This document shows positions 1-10,311 of a stretch of 64,000 bases of DNA, piece by piece. Origin of the DNA: Paludibacteraceae bacterium (GTDB taxonomy: Bacteria; Bacteroidota; Bacteroidia; Bacteroidales; Paludibacteraceae); assembly GCA_905233255.1 (NCBI GenBank), contig CAJOCN010000004.1, positions 12,868 through 76,867 of the forward strand, written 5' to 3'. The notes beneath the pieces were generated by a model. That model saw only the letters and a program-made list of their open reading frames with translations. It ran no database searches and was not told the origin of the DNA. A program made the translations under genes and the position numbers. Within the stretch, counting starts at the first letter, position 1. Every line of letters starts with the position of its first letter.

Positions 1-1221
1 GAGAGACTGCGTCCGAAGACGCTAAACGAATATATAGGCCAGAAACACTTGGTGGGGCAAGGAGCTATCCTGAGACAGATGATCGAGAGCGGCAACATCG
101 CCAGTTTCATTTTGTGGGGTCCTCCGGGTGTTGGCAAGACGACCCTCGCGCGCATCATTGCGCATGAGTTACAGAGGCCGTTCTATACGTTGAGCGCAGT
201 GACGAGCGGCGTGAAGGAGGTGCGCGATGTGATCGACAAAGCCAAACGGAATGCGAGCCTCAACAGCGGGCTCTTTGCGCCGGCTGACAGCCGCAGTCCA
301 ATCCTGTTCATCGACGAGATCCACCGGTTCAGCAAGAGCCAGCAGGACAGTCTGTTAGGGGCAGTGGAGGAAGGTACGATCACCTTAGTGGGTGCGACGA
401 CGGAGAACCCGAGTTTCGAGGTCATCACTCCGCTGCTGAGCCGGTGTCAGGTGTATGTGCTGAAGGCGCTGGAGAAAGCGGATCTGATGGAGTTGCTCCA
501 CCGAGCGCTGACGCAAGACGAATATATCAAGTCGCTCGGGTTGCAGGTCAAGGAGACGGAAGCGCTCCTTCGGTACAGCGGAGGCGATGCACGCAAGTTA
601 CTCAATATCATTGAGTTAGTAAGCAACAGCGGTGTGAAAGTCATTGATAATGAGACCGTCACCAAGCAGTTGCAGCAAAACCCCGTAGCGTACGACAAGG
701 ACGGCGAGATGCATTATGACATCATCTCCGCTTTCATCAAATCGGTTCGCGGGAGTGATCCGCAGGCGGCTATCTATTGGCTGGCACGTATGATTGAGGG
801 CGGCGAAGATCCGAAGTTCATCGCCCGACGGTTGGTTATATTAGCGAGCGAAGATATAGGGTTAGCCAACCCGAACGCCCTGCTGTTAGCTAATGCCTGT
901 TTTGACACGGTGAATAAGATCGGATGGCCGGAAGGGCGTATTCCGTTAGCAGAGACGACCATCTATTTAGCCACCTGCAAGAAAGACAACTCCGCCATCA
1001 TGGCTATCGACGGGGCACTCGCGAAGGTGCGTGAGACAGGTAATCTGCCTGTTCCGCTGCATTTGAGAAACGCACCTACGAGTCTGATGAAAGAGTTAGG
1101 CTATGCCGACGGGTACCTGTATCCGCATGATTTCCCGGGACACTGGGTAGCGCAACAATACCTGCCGGACGAGTTGACGGGAACAGTCTTTTGGGAAGTG
1201 AAGAACCAAAAGGAGAAGTAA
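1..1221 (+). CDS. rarA: Replication-associated recombination protein A (RarA/MgsA AAA+ ATPase), 5'-partial
   Basis: Frame open from base 1 (ERLRPKTL); Walker A GPPGVGKTT, FIDEIHRF, GATTENP, ISAFIKS.RGSD, VPLHLRNAPT. Confidence 0.95.
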   Translation, partial: ERLRPKTLNEYIGQKHLVGQGAILRQMIESGNIASFILWGPPGVGKTTLARIIAHELQRPFYTLSAVTSGVKEVRDVIDKAKRNASLNSGLFAPADSRSPILFIDEIHRFSKSQQDSLLGAVEEGTITLVGATTENPSFEVITPLLSRCQVYVLKALEKADLMELLHRALTQDEYIKSLGLQVKETEALLRYSGGDARKLLNIIELVSNSGVKVIDNETVTKQLQQNPVAYDKDGEMHYDIISAFIKSVRGSDPQAAIYWLARMIEGGEDPKFIARRLVILASEDIGLANPNALLLANACFDTVNKIGWPEGRIPLAETTIYLATCKKDNSAIMAIDGALAKVRETGNLPVPLHLRNAPTSLMKELGYADGYLYPHDFPGHWVAQQYLPDELTGTVFWEVKNQKEK

Positions 1222-1224
1222 CGC

Positions 1225-2310
1225 GTGGCGGGGCTGTACATACATATACCTTTCTGCAAGCGGCGATGCCTGTATTGCGATTTCTACTCCACCACCCTAT
1301 TGGCGCGGCGCGAGGAGTACGTGAGGGCCGTGGTGAAAGAGATCGAGCAGCGGCAGCACGAGGCCGGCGAACCGATACGGACGGTGTATATCGGCGGCGG
1401 AACGCCAAGCACGCTGGAGATTGAGTTGGTGACAGCACTTACTAAGGCAATAGATAGCACCAACATAGCAGAATATACCGTTGAAGTCAATCCGGGCGAT
1501 GTGACAGAGGAGTATCTGAGGGGACTGAGAGCGTTGGGTGTGAACCGGCTGTCAATGGGTGTACAATCGTTCCAGGACGAGTTGCTGCAGAAAATAGGCA
1601 GAAGGCACAATGCCGCAGAAGCGATAGAGGCTGTGCGGACGGCACAGAGAGCAGGGTTTGAGAATCTCTCCATTGACCTGATGTACGCCCTGCCGGGACA
1701 GACAATGGCGCAATGGAAAGCCGATATAGAGAGGGCGTTGGAACTTGGCGTACAACACCTGTCGTCGTACGGGTTAATGTACGAAGAAGGAACGGCGATG
1801 ACGCAGATGCGCGAGAGAGGCGAGATAGAGGAGACGGACGAGGAGACGGAGAACGCTATGTATGACTACCTCTGCGAAAGGCTGAAAGAAGCCGGGTTCA
1901 GACATTATGAGGTTAGCAATTTTGCGTTGCCGGAGTACGAAGCCAAACATAACAGCAGTTACTGGGACGGCACTCCGTACGTGGGCGTGGGCGCGGGTGC
2001 GCATAGTTATATAAGGAACGTGCGGAGTTGGAATCCCGACGACTTGGAGGAATATATACAGGGGATAGAGAGCGGCACGCTGATACGCGAGAGCGAGACG
2101 CTGAGTGAGACAGATTTATACAACGAACAGGTCATGTTGGGGCTACGTACAGATAAGGGATGTAGGCTTTCACCGTCGGTTGACCGTCGGTTGACTGTCG
2201 GGAAACTAAGGCAAAAAGGCTTAGTCAGAGTGGAAGAAGACGGGAGAGTCATTGCGACCCAGGAAGGCCTGCATGTGCTCAACAGAATAATAGAAGAATT
2301 GATGATATGA
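1225..2310 (+). CDS. hemW: Radical SAM heme chaperone HemW (HemN-like)
   Basis: LYIHIPFCxxxCxYCDF, GGGTPS, YEVSNF, HNxxYW motifs; GTG start. Confidence 0.92.
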   Translation: MAGLYIHIPFCKRRCLYCDFYSTTLLARREEYVRAVVKEIEQRQHEAGEPIRTVYIGGGTPSTLEIELVTALTKAIDSTNIAEYTVEVNPGDVTEEYLRGLRALGVNRLSMGVQSFQDELLQKIGRRHNAAEAIEAVRTAQRAGFENLSIDLMYALPGQTMAQWKADIERALELGVQHLSSYGLMYEEGTAMTQMRERGEIEETDEETENAMYDYLCERLKEAGFRHYEVSNFALPEYEAKHNSSYWDGTPYVGVGAGAHSYIRNVRSWNPDDLEEYIQGIESGTLIRESETLSETDLYNEQVMLGLRTDKGCRLSPSVDRRLTVGKLRQKGLVRVEEDGRVIATQEGLHVLNRIIEELMI

Positions 2311-4577
2311 AAATGAAGAGTTGGTACAAAACGTTTTTATTGTGGTTCTGGGGATTGTTCTTCGGAGGCATTTTGGTAGTATGGCTGGTGATGTGGTTGA
2401 TCATCCGCGGGGTGTTAGGATATATGCCGCCGTTGGAGGAGTTGCAGAACCCGAAAAACACGTTCGCGAGTGAGATTATCTCGTCGGACATGCAGTCATT
2501 GGGTCGTTACTACCGGTACGAGAACCGTATCGGTGTGGAGTACACGGACCTGTCTCCGAATCTCATCCATGCCCTGATTGCCACAGAGGATGTGCGTTTC
2601 TACGAACACACGGGTGTGGATTTCAAGTCCATGTTCCGCGCGATTATCAAGTTAGGCCGTGCGGGCGGTGGTTCGACCATTACCCAGCAGTTAGCCAAAC
2701 AGTTGTGGTCGCCGCGTGCGAACAACAAGTTAGAGCGCGCGATGCAGAAACCGATCGAGTGGATCATAGCCACGAAATTAGAGCGGCTGTACAGCAAGGA
2801 TGAGATACTACTGATGTACCTCAACCAGTTTGATTTCCTGTACAACGCCGTAGGTGTACAATCGGCGTCGCAGGTGTATTTCTCGACCACTCCGGCTGAG
2901 TTGAAGTTGGAGCAAGCGGCGATGTTAGTAGGTATGTGCAAAAACCCGTCTCTTTATAACCCCGTCCGTCACCCTGAGCGCGCGACAGGCCGCCGCAACA
3001 CGGTACTCGGGCAGATGGAGAAATACGGTTACATAGACGAGGCTACGCGTGACTCGGTAGCGGCCATCCCTCTGGAGTTGCACTATAGTTCAGTGGATCA
3101 CAAGCAAGGTATTGCGCCGTATTTCCGGGAGTACCTGCGCGGTGTGCTGACCGCCAAAGAGCCCAAAGAGAGCGATTACTCGGAGTGGAACAAACAGCAG
3201 TACCAACTGGATGCCTGGCAATGGGAGAACAACCCGTTGTACGGTTTTTGCGAGAAGAACAAGAAACCCGACGGCAGCCGTTATGACCTGTACCAGGACG
3301 GTCTGAAGATCTATACGACGATTGATTCGCGCATGCAGCGTTACGCGGAAGAGGCAGTGAGTGAGCATATGCAGGCCCAACAGAAATCGTTCTTCAAGGA
3401 ACTCAAAAAGAAGAAAAACGCTCCCTTCTCCCGCCAGTTGACGCAGGAAGAAGTGGACGGGATCATGAACCGCTCGATGCGTCAGACCGACCGTTATCGG
3501 ATGATGAAACGCGCGGGCGTAAGTCATGACTCGATCATGAGGTCCTTCAAAGAGCCTCGGGAGATGCAGATCTTCACGTACGACCGCGGGATGATCGACA
3601 CGACGATGAGTCCGTACGACTCCATCAAATGGCAGAAGAGCTATCTGCGTTGCGGTTTCATGTCGATGGATCCGCATACGGGTCATGTGAAGGCTTATGT
3701 GGGCGGTCCTAACTTCGCACATTTCCAATACGACATGGCCACCAAAGGTCGCCGTCAGGTTGGTTCGACCGTCAAGCCGTACCTCTATACGCTGGCGATG
3801 GACGAAGGAATGTGGCCATGCGAGAAATGGGTGTATGACTCGGTGGTCTTCGTACTGCCGGACGGCAATAGATGGGTACCGCGCGACACGCATGAGAAGT
3901 ATCAGGGCGACACCGTGAGTCTGACATGGGGTCTGAAAGAGTCGTCCAACTGGATGGCGGCGTATCTGATGTCGCTCTTCACACCGGAACAGTTAGTCAA
4001 AATGATGCAATCGTTCGGTATTCAGGGCCAGTTAGACCCGGTGGTATCGCTGTGTCTGGGTCCGTGCGAAGTGAGCGTAGAAGAGATGGTGGACGCCTAT
4101 ACGGCTTTTGCGAACAAAGGAATCCGCACCGAGCCGCTGTACGTGACGCGTATTGAGGACGCCAACGGCAATGTGATCGGTATGTTCACGCCTCGGACGC
4201 ATGAGATCATCAGCGAGACAACCGCCTATAAGATGATTTATATGCTGCGCGCGGTGATTGACCACGGAACGGGTGTGCGTACCCGTTATAAATACGGTAT
4301 CAAAGCTCCCATGGGCGGTAAGACGGGAACGACGAACAACAACTCCGACGGATGGTTCATGTGCTTCACACCGTCTCTGGTAAGCGGCACATGGGTCGGC
4401 GGCGAAGACCGTGGCATACATTTTGATAATATGGCAGAGGGACAAGGTGCGTCCATGGCACTGCCAATCTGCGCGCTGTATATGCAGAAAGTGCTGGCAG
4501 ACCCGGATTTAGGTTACAGCGAGGACGAGCAGTTTGACGTACCGGCATGGTTTGACCCGAATGAAGGATGTAATTAA
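2307..4577 (+). CDS. mrcA: Penicillin-binding protein 1A (transglycosylase/transpeptidase)
   Basis: N-terminal TM, ATEDxRF, GGSTITQQLAK, SxxK (GSTVKP), SSN, KTGT. Confidence 0.93.
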   Translation: MKMKSWYKTFLLWFWGLFFGGILVVWLVMWLIIRGVLGYMPPLEELQNPKNTFASEIISSDMQSLGRYYRYENRIGVEYTDLSPNLIHALIATEDVRFYEHTGVDFKSMFRAIIKLGRAGGGSTITQQLAKQLWSPRANNKLERAMQKPIEWIIATKLERLYSKDEILLMYLNQFDFLYNAVGVQSASQVYFSTTPAELKLEQAAMLVGMCKNPSLYNPVRHPERATGRRNTVLGQMEKYGYIDEATRDSVAAIPLELHYSSVDHKQGIAPYFREYLRGVLTAKEPKESDYSEWNKQQYQLDAWQWENNPLYGFCEKNKKPDGSRYDLYQDGLKIYTTIDSRMQRYAEEAVSEHMQAQQKSFFKELKKKKNAPFSRQLTQEEVDGIMNRSMRQTDRYRMMKRAGVSHDSIMRSFKEPREMQIFTYDRGMIDTTMSPYDSIKWQKSYLRCGFMSMDPHTGHVKAYVGGPNFAHFQYDMATKGRRQVGSTVKPYLYTLAMDEGMWPCEKWVYDSVVFVLPDGNRWVPRDTHEKYQGDTVSLTWGLKESSNWMAAYLMSLFTPEQLVKMMQSFGIQGQLDPVVSLCLGPCEVSVEEMVDAYTAFANKGIRTEPLYVTRIEDANGNVIGMFTPRTHEIISETTAYKMIYMLRAVIDHGTGVRTRYKYGIKAPMGGKTGTTNNNSDGWFMCFTPSLVSGTWVGGEDRGIHFDNMAEGQGASMALPICALYMQKVLADPDLGYSEDEQFDVPAWFDPNEGCN

Positions 4578-6612
4578 AATAGACCGCTCACTGCGTTCGC
4601 TGAAAGAGCAAAGACCGCTCACTGCGTTCGCTGAAAGAATAAAGACTAAACGGATTCGACGATTCATTTTAGTCCTTTGTCTTATGTCTTTGAGTGCAGC
4701 GGTCTTTACTCCGGCATACGGACAGCTGAATACCGACCGCATCACCGCGATCGGTCGGAACGCGCTGTATTTCGAGGACTATGTGCTCTCCATACAGTAT
4801 TTCAACCAAGTCATCCACCTCAAACCGTATCTGCCCGAGCCGTATTTCTACCGCTCGATAGCAAAGATTCAGTTAGAGGACTATCAGGGAGCGCTCAATG
4901 ATTGCAATGCCGCCATCGAGCGCAATCCTTTCTCGCCGGGTTATTACTATGCGCGCGGTTATATCTACCGCCAGTTAGGAAGGGATGAGGATGCGGAGGC
5001 GGACTACACGCAGGCGTTGCGTTTTGCGCCGGAGAACCGCACCTATATGTTACTGCGCGCGGACACACGTGCGTCTCTGAAACGGTACGACGAGGCGCTG
5101 GAGGACATTGATCAGATGCTCAAACGCGAGCCGCAGTCGGCTTCCGTGTGGTCGGAAAAAGGGCGTGTATGTATCCTCAAGAAAGATACAATGAGTGCTC
5201 TGGAAGCCTTTGAACAGGCATCCAAATACGACAAGACAAATCCGGCAGTATGGTCGGCATTGGGCGTGACGAACCTGATGTTAGATCGCGAGGACGAAGC
5301 GTACGTACAACTGACACAAGCCATCAACTTAGGTTCCAAATGGGCAGGTGACTATATTAACCGCGGTATTATCCATTACCACCGGCATAATTTCCGCGGG
5401 GCGCTGGCGGACTATGACCAAGCCGTGAAGATCTCTCCGAGGGATGCCGATTGCTACTATAACCGCGGAGTGATGCGGCAGGAAGTAGGCGACTACAACC
5501 GGGCTCTGGAAGACTTTAATACCGCTATCTCGTTAGCTCCTGAACGCACGGAGATGCGGTACCAGCGAGGGCTCGTAGAGATGCAGCTCAAGCAGTGGAG
5601 CGCCGTAGTGAAAGACATGAACGTGCTGATAGCACAGTACCCGTATTTCCTGCCGGCATACTACATGGCGGCGCAGGCGAAGACGCACCAGGGCGACACC
5701 AAAGAGGCGTACCGTTACCGCAAAGAGGCGTACGATCTGGAGCAACGCAAGGATGAGATCCAGGCGCAGCAGGCATCACAGCCCAACACAGACATGCAGA
5801 TAGCTGACGCCCAGCCGCAGAAGAAAGATTACCGCAAGGAGTTCTCCACCTCCGCAGCGCAGAACCAACCGGAGATACCGGACGAGGAGCAGAAATACGA
5901 CTCGCAGACACGCGGAACGGTTCAGAAGAAATATCAGGACGTTGTGAACGAGCCTAATATCGTGTTGTCCTATTACACGCACGACCAGAGCCTCAAGAGC
6001 ACGAACTACTACCACCCCACCGTAGATGCCATCAACAAGAGCGAGATGTTGCCGGCAGCACTCAAGTTCACGAGCCAGGAGTTGACGCTGACCGCCGAGA
6101 TGGTGGACTACCATTTCAGCCAGATCAACCGCTTGACGACCCTCATGAACGAAGCGCCGACAGCACAACTGTATTTCGCGCGCGCCATGGAGTTCGCAAT
6201 CATCAAAGACTACGCGAGCGCGATAGACGATTGCACGAAAGCGATTGTCATTGCGGACAAGGAGCTGGAGGCAGTGCTCTGTTTCTGCCGCGCCAACTGG
6301 CGTTACCGAATGGAGGAAGTGGATTACGAACTGATGCACCGCGACTATGATCAGGTGCTCCGGCTACAACCGGATTTCTCCTTCGCGCTCTACAACAAAG
6401 CGAATATCCTCTGCGCTCAACGCGAGTATAAGGAGGCCATCAACTATTATACAAAGGCTATCGCAGTGGACCGCGATTTCGCAGAGGCGTATTTTAACAG
6501 AGGTCTGACCTATATCTATACCGGCGAGAATGAGAAAGGTCTGGCGGATTTGAGCAAAGCCGGTGAGTTAGGTATCTATCAGGCCTATAATTTGATTACA
6601 CGGTTCAAGTAA
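4561..6612 (+). CDS. Exported tetratricopeptide-repeat protein (start uncertain, 4561-4684)
   Basis: Many TPR units (YYNRG, ALADYDQA); signal-peptide-like KRIRRFILVLCLMSLSAAVFTPAYG. Confidence 0.88.
   Translation: MKDVIKIDRSLRSLKEQRPLTAFAERIKTKRIRRFILVLCLMSLSAAVFTPAYGQLNTDRITAIGRNALYFEDYVLSIQYFNQVIHLKPYLPEPYFYRSIAKIQLEDYQGALNDCNAAIERNPFSPGYYYARGYIYRQLGRDEDAEADYTQALRFAPENRTYMLLRADTRASLKRYDEALEDIDQMLKREPQSASVWSEKGRVCILKKDTMSALEAFEQASKYDKTNPAVWSALGVTNLMLDREDEAYVQLTQAINLGSKWAGDYINRGIIHYHRHNFRGALADYDQAVKISPRDADCYYNRGVMRQEVGDYNRALEDFNTAISLAPERTEMRYQRGLVEMQLKQWSAVVKDMNVLIAQYPYFLPAYYMAAQAKTHQGDTKEAYRYRKEAYDLEQRKDEIQAQQASQPNTDMQIADAQPQKKDYRKEFSTSAAQNQPEIPDEEQKYDSQTRGTVQKKYQDVVNEPNIVLSYYTHDQSLKSTNYYHPTVDAINKSEMLPAALKFTSQELTLTAEMVDYHFSQINRLTTLMNEAPTAQLYFARAMEFAIIKDYASAIDDCTKAIVIADKELEAVLCFCRANWRYRMEEVDYELMHRDYDQVLRLQPDFSFALYNKANILCAQREYKEAINYYTKAIAVDRDFAEAYFNRGLTYIYTGENEKGLADLSKAGELGIYQAYNLITRFK
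4581..4638. repeat. Direct repeat, 2 x 27 bp (AGACCGCTCACTGCGTTCGCTGAAAGA), 31-bp period; REP-like
   Basis: Identical copies at 4581-4607 and 4612-4638. Confidence 0.9.
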
Positions 6613-6634
6613 AGTGAAAAATGAAAAATGAAAA

Positions 6635-7531
6635 ATGAAAAGTGAACGGATCATAGTAATACTCCTGTTCTTAGTTTGCACGACGATGAGTATTCGGGCG
6701 GAGTTGCTGTACGAGATCTCGGGCAACGGGGCGAGGGGGAAGTCCTATCTGCTGGCTACCAACCGGTTTGTGGACATGACGTTTCTGGACACAATACCCA
6801 ATGTATTCAAGTGTTTCGGCCGGTGCAAAAGTGTGGTGACGGAGTTCGCGATGCAGGACTACGAAGCCCTCGCGGCCCTTCGTCAAGCCGCTATACTCCC
6901 CGACTCCGTCAAACTGACCAATTTCTATACGCCGGAGGAATATAAATACATTGACAACTCGCTGAAAATCAATCTGGGGATGGGGCTCGACCAGCTATGC
7001 CGGATGAAGCCGTCGTACCTGACGGAAATGTTCCGCACAGAGCTCATGAAACAGTGGATCGGCTACAGCGAGGAGCGGTCGATGGAATCATTCTTTGAGA
7101 ACGTAGCGGCACAACGCGACATGCCGGTAATCGGGCTCGACAACATAGGCGAGACGATGTATATGCTCTTTGACCGTGAGCCTTTCCACTGGCAGTGCCA
7201 GGAACTCCTGAAAGTGATTGAGTACCCGGAGAAAGAGGTACAGCAGGAGCGAACGCTCAAGACCATGTACCTGGACGGACGGCTATCCGACATAGCCTAC
7301 CAAGTAGAGGGGCCGGACAACACAACCTCTATCTCTTTCTCCGATTACAAGGTCTATACCCAGCGTAACCAACAATGGGTCAAACGGCTCAAACCGATCC
7401 TTACGAAAGGAGAGGCATTTATCACCCTCAATGCCATCTATTTAGGCGGCGAGAAGGGCCTGATCGAACAACTGCGGGCAGCCGGTTACCGCGTGCGCCC
7501 CTATAATAGGAAATTAAAAATTACAAATTAA
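6635..7531 (+). CDS. TraB/GumN family protein
   Basis: Signal peptide, LLYEISGNG..SYL, RNQQW, GEKGLIEQLRAAGYRV C-terminus typical of the family. Confidence 0.8.
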   Translation: MKSERIIVILLFLVCTTMSIRAELLYEISGNGARGKSYLLATNRFVDMTFLDTIPNVFKCFGRCKSVVTEFAMQDYEALAALRQAAILPDSVKLTNFYTPEEYKYIDNSLKINLGMGLDQLCRMKPSYLTEMFRTELMKQWIGYSEERSMESFFENVAAQRDMPVIGLDNIGETMYMLFDREPFHWQCQELLKVIEYPEKEVQQERTLKTMYLDGRLSDIAYQVEGPDNTTSISFSDYKVYTQRNQQWVKRLKPILTKGEAFITLNAIYLGGEKGLIEQLRAAGYRVRPYNRKLKITN

Positions 7532-7541
7532 TTATCATATT

Positions 7542-8105
7542 ATGAACAAGGTATTTTCTGTATTCGTAGCGCTGGTAATGGCGCTGAGCATGAGTGTTAA
7601 CGCTGCAGAGCGCGGCAAGTTTATTCATGTCGATTGCACCTCGGCAAAAAATATCAAGCCGCAGATCGCATTCTGTCAGGAGCATAAGGACGGCACGGAT
7701 GTCACCACTCTGATCGTCAAGACTGTTAACACGAATGAGTTCAATGAGTTCAATGACGCTTCGCGCGTTCTCGTGAAGTTCGCAGACGGTAAGAACATGC
7801 GCCTCAACCGCGTGCCGGGCAGCGAGGTGAAGAAAAACAAAGCTACGGAGAAAGTAGCCCGTGCAACAATCACCAAATACTGGACGGAGACGACATATGA
7901 GGTAGCTCCGGAAATGATTGAGAAACTCGAAGCCGGTATTGCCATCACCAAACTGCGCATCGTCTTCAAAGAGAACGAAGCCAAGGATTATGAGATCATT
8001 GAGGGCTACCAGCCTAAAATGGCTGAAGACCTGCTGAAATCTTATCAGGAAGCCGCTCTGAAGAACAAGAAAGCGAACACCGATATTAGCGATGAGGACT
8101 TCTAA
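7542..8105 (+). CDS. Hypothetical exported protein
   Basis: 187-aa ORF with signal peptide, host-like codon use. Confidence 0.75.
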   Translation: MNKVFSVFVALVMALSMSVNAAERGKFIHVDCTSAKNIKPQIAFCQEHKDGTDVTTLIVKTVNTNEFNEFNDASRVLVKFADGKNMRLNRVPGSEVKKNKATEKVARATITKYWTETTYEVAPEMIEKLEAGIAITKLRIVFKENEAKDYEIIEGYQPKMAEDLLKSYQEAALKNKKANTDISDEDF

Positions 8106-10311
8106 ACGCTTCTTTCTTTTTCTTCTTGGAATTATTATCCTGACTCCTGCATATGCCCAGATAGGCATGCAGGAGTTGGGTGACTCGCTGTTTGCGTACA
8201 CCGGTTTTTCGCGCGTGTGGTCTCCAGCCGTGCGGGTGAAAAACCTCCGCGTAAGCGGCAATAAGATTAGTCTGTACACCAACGGGACATTAAAGGATTT
8301 CCGTTGGACGCCTGCGTCTGTCGCCGATATTAAACGAAAGGTCAGTCTCTGGACATTAGGGCACGAGAACGGACAGGTGACTATCTATACCGCCAAAACG
8401 GATATAGAGACGCTCGTCACCGCCTGTGCGAAAGGTTCCACAACAGCGCCCAAAGAGAAAGATCTAACCGACCGTACGGTAGTGGTTTATCCATCGCACG
8501 GCCTTTATTTCAACCGCGATCGGGACGAATGGATCTGGCAGCGTGCCACGCTCTGGACAACTGTGGAGGACCTCTATTCACAGGAATATGTACGTTTAAT
8601 CAAACAGATGTTGGAGAACGCCGGCGCCACCGTTCTATCCCCTCGTGCAGGGCTGGACGAGGAGGAGTTAGGCGTCTCGGGAATGCCCAAATGGACTGAA
8701 GGCGCGCGGTATTGGCTCGCCGCCCAAGGTGAGGACTCTACCCTCTGGGATCTGTATCAAGGAAACGAATACAAGGACGACATGAAATGTCGGGCCATGT
8801 GGGTCAACAGTCTGGAGAATGCTCCAGACCTCTGCCTTGCGCTGCATACCGACGGCCTGGATAGCGGCAATGACTCCACAATAGCCGGCACACTCGCTAT
8901 CTATACCGCCCGTGACGATGACGGACACACCGAGCTGCGGGACGGTCGGGACCGCGAGAAGGTCAATCGTAACTTAGCCGACTGGATCCAGACGACGGTT
9001 ACGGAGGATCTGACGCACTGGGCACCCGAGTGGACACGCCGCCAGCTCAAGGAGGCAAACTACTGCGAGACGCGCGTGCCTGTAGTACCGAGTATCATTC
9101 TGGAGTTGCTCTCTCATAAGAACATGGCGGATATGCGTTACGGCCTCAATCCGGCTTTCCGTTTTGCTGCCGCGCGCGCCGTCTATAAGGGTATTCTGAG
9201 GTATTTCAACGGTCCTAACGCCATCGTTCAACCGCTACCGGTGAAGCAAGTGGCTCTCCATCCTGACGGACTGTTACAATGGACCCCCACCCCGGACACA
9301 CTCGAGCAAAGCGCTGCGCCCACTTATTACATGATTTACACCCGTGCCAACGACGGCGAATGGGATGTACAGCAGGTGGAGAAAGCCACCCAGCTCCGGC
9401 TCACGCTGGAGCACGGAATACTCTATTCCTGCTATGTGGTAGCCGGCAACGAAGGCGGTTTGAGTATGCGCAGCCCGATTGTCAGTGCCTATCTCAGCGA
9501 CCGCGACGAGACGACTATGGCGCTTGTAGTAGATGGGTTTGACGAGGTGTACGGACCGGAATGGTTCGCCGACTCCACCTTCGCGGGAATAGTGCCGGGC
9601 ACTTATGCCTGCGAGGATGAGTTCTCCTGCGCCTATATAGGCCAGCAATGGAACTACGACCGTGCGGATGAGTGGAAGAACGATGATAACTGCGGTTGGG
9701 GTTCCTGCTACCGCGATCACGCGGGTCAACTGACCATCGGCAACACCCACGACTACACCTTCCAGCACGGACGCGAGTTACGCAAGATGCATATCAGCTA
9801 CGGGAGTTGTACGGCGGCTTTTCTGGAGAACATGCTTAGGGATACCACCGCGCATTTCACGATGATCGACTATGTCTGCGGAAGGAACAGACAACCGCTG
9901 AACGCCCTTACACAAATGCTGCTAAGCGGCTATCTGGCACAAGGAGGACGACTGCTCATGAGCACTGACCATTTCAGTGCAATCGACCCCGCATGGGCGA
10001 AGAGCCAACTGCACGCTGCGTATTATGCCGCGCAGGCTACGCGTTCCGGCAGAGTTTCCACGCCGCGGCACCGAATGTACCAATTGTACCTGGAGCCCAA
10101 CCCTGACCAACTCTTTACCGCCCACCCGGAGGCGCTGAAAGCGACCGACAAAGAGGCGGTGAAGATGGCTACCTACGAAGATATGCGTTGCCCGGCTGCT
10201 ATCGGACAGCCCGGAAAAACATTAGTGTACAGTTTCCCGCTGGAGGCTGTCATGGATTTTGATAAGATGTACCGCCACTCGGTGGAATGGTTATTAGACA
10301 GACGGAGATGA
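8092..10311 (+). CDS. Exported N-acetylmuramoyl-L-alanine-amidase-like / fibronectin III protein (Bacteroidetes 'xanthan lyase'-annotated family)
   Basis: SHG..WxWQR, LALHTD, ILELLSH motifs; FN3-like segment (VAGNEGGLS). Confidence 0.7.
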   Translation: MRTSKRFFLFLLGIIILTPAYAQIGMQELGDSLFAYTGFSRVWSPAVRVKNLRVSGNKISLYTNGTLKDFRWTPASVADIKRKVSLWTLGHENGQVTIYTAKTDIETLVTACAKGSTTAPKEKDLTDRTVVVYPSHGLYFNRDRDEWIWQRATLWTTVEDLYSQEYVRLIKQMLENAGATVLSPRAGLDEEELGVSGMPKWTEGARYWLAAQGEDSTLWDLYQGNEYKDDMKCRAMWVNSLENAPDLCLALHTDGLDSGNDSTIAGTLAIYTARDDDGHTELRDGRDREKVNRNLADWIQTTVTEDLTHWAPEWTRRQLKEANYCETRVPVVPSIILELLSHKNMADMRYGLNPAFRFAAARAVYKGILRYFNGPNAIVQPLPVKQVALHPDGLLQWTPTPDTLEQSAAPTYYMIYTRANDGEWDVQQVEKATQLRLTLEHGILYSCYVVAGNEGGLSMRSPIVSAYLSDRDETTMALVVDGFDEVYGPEWFADSTFAGIVPGTYACEDEFSCAYIGQQWNYDRADEWKNDDNCGWGSCYRDHAGQLTIGNTHDYTFQHGRELRKMHISYGSCTAAFLENMLRDTTAHFTMIDYVCGRNRQPLNALTQMLLSGYLAQGGRLLMSTDHFSAIDPAWAKSQLHAAYYAAQATRSGRVSTPRHRMYQLYLEPNPDQLFTAHPEALKATDKEAVKMATYEDMRCPAAIGQPGKTLVYSFPLEAVMDFDKMYRHSVEWLLDRRR

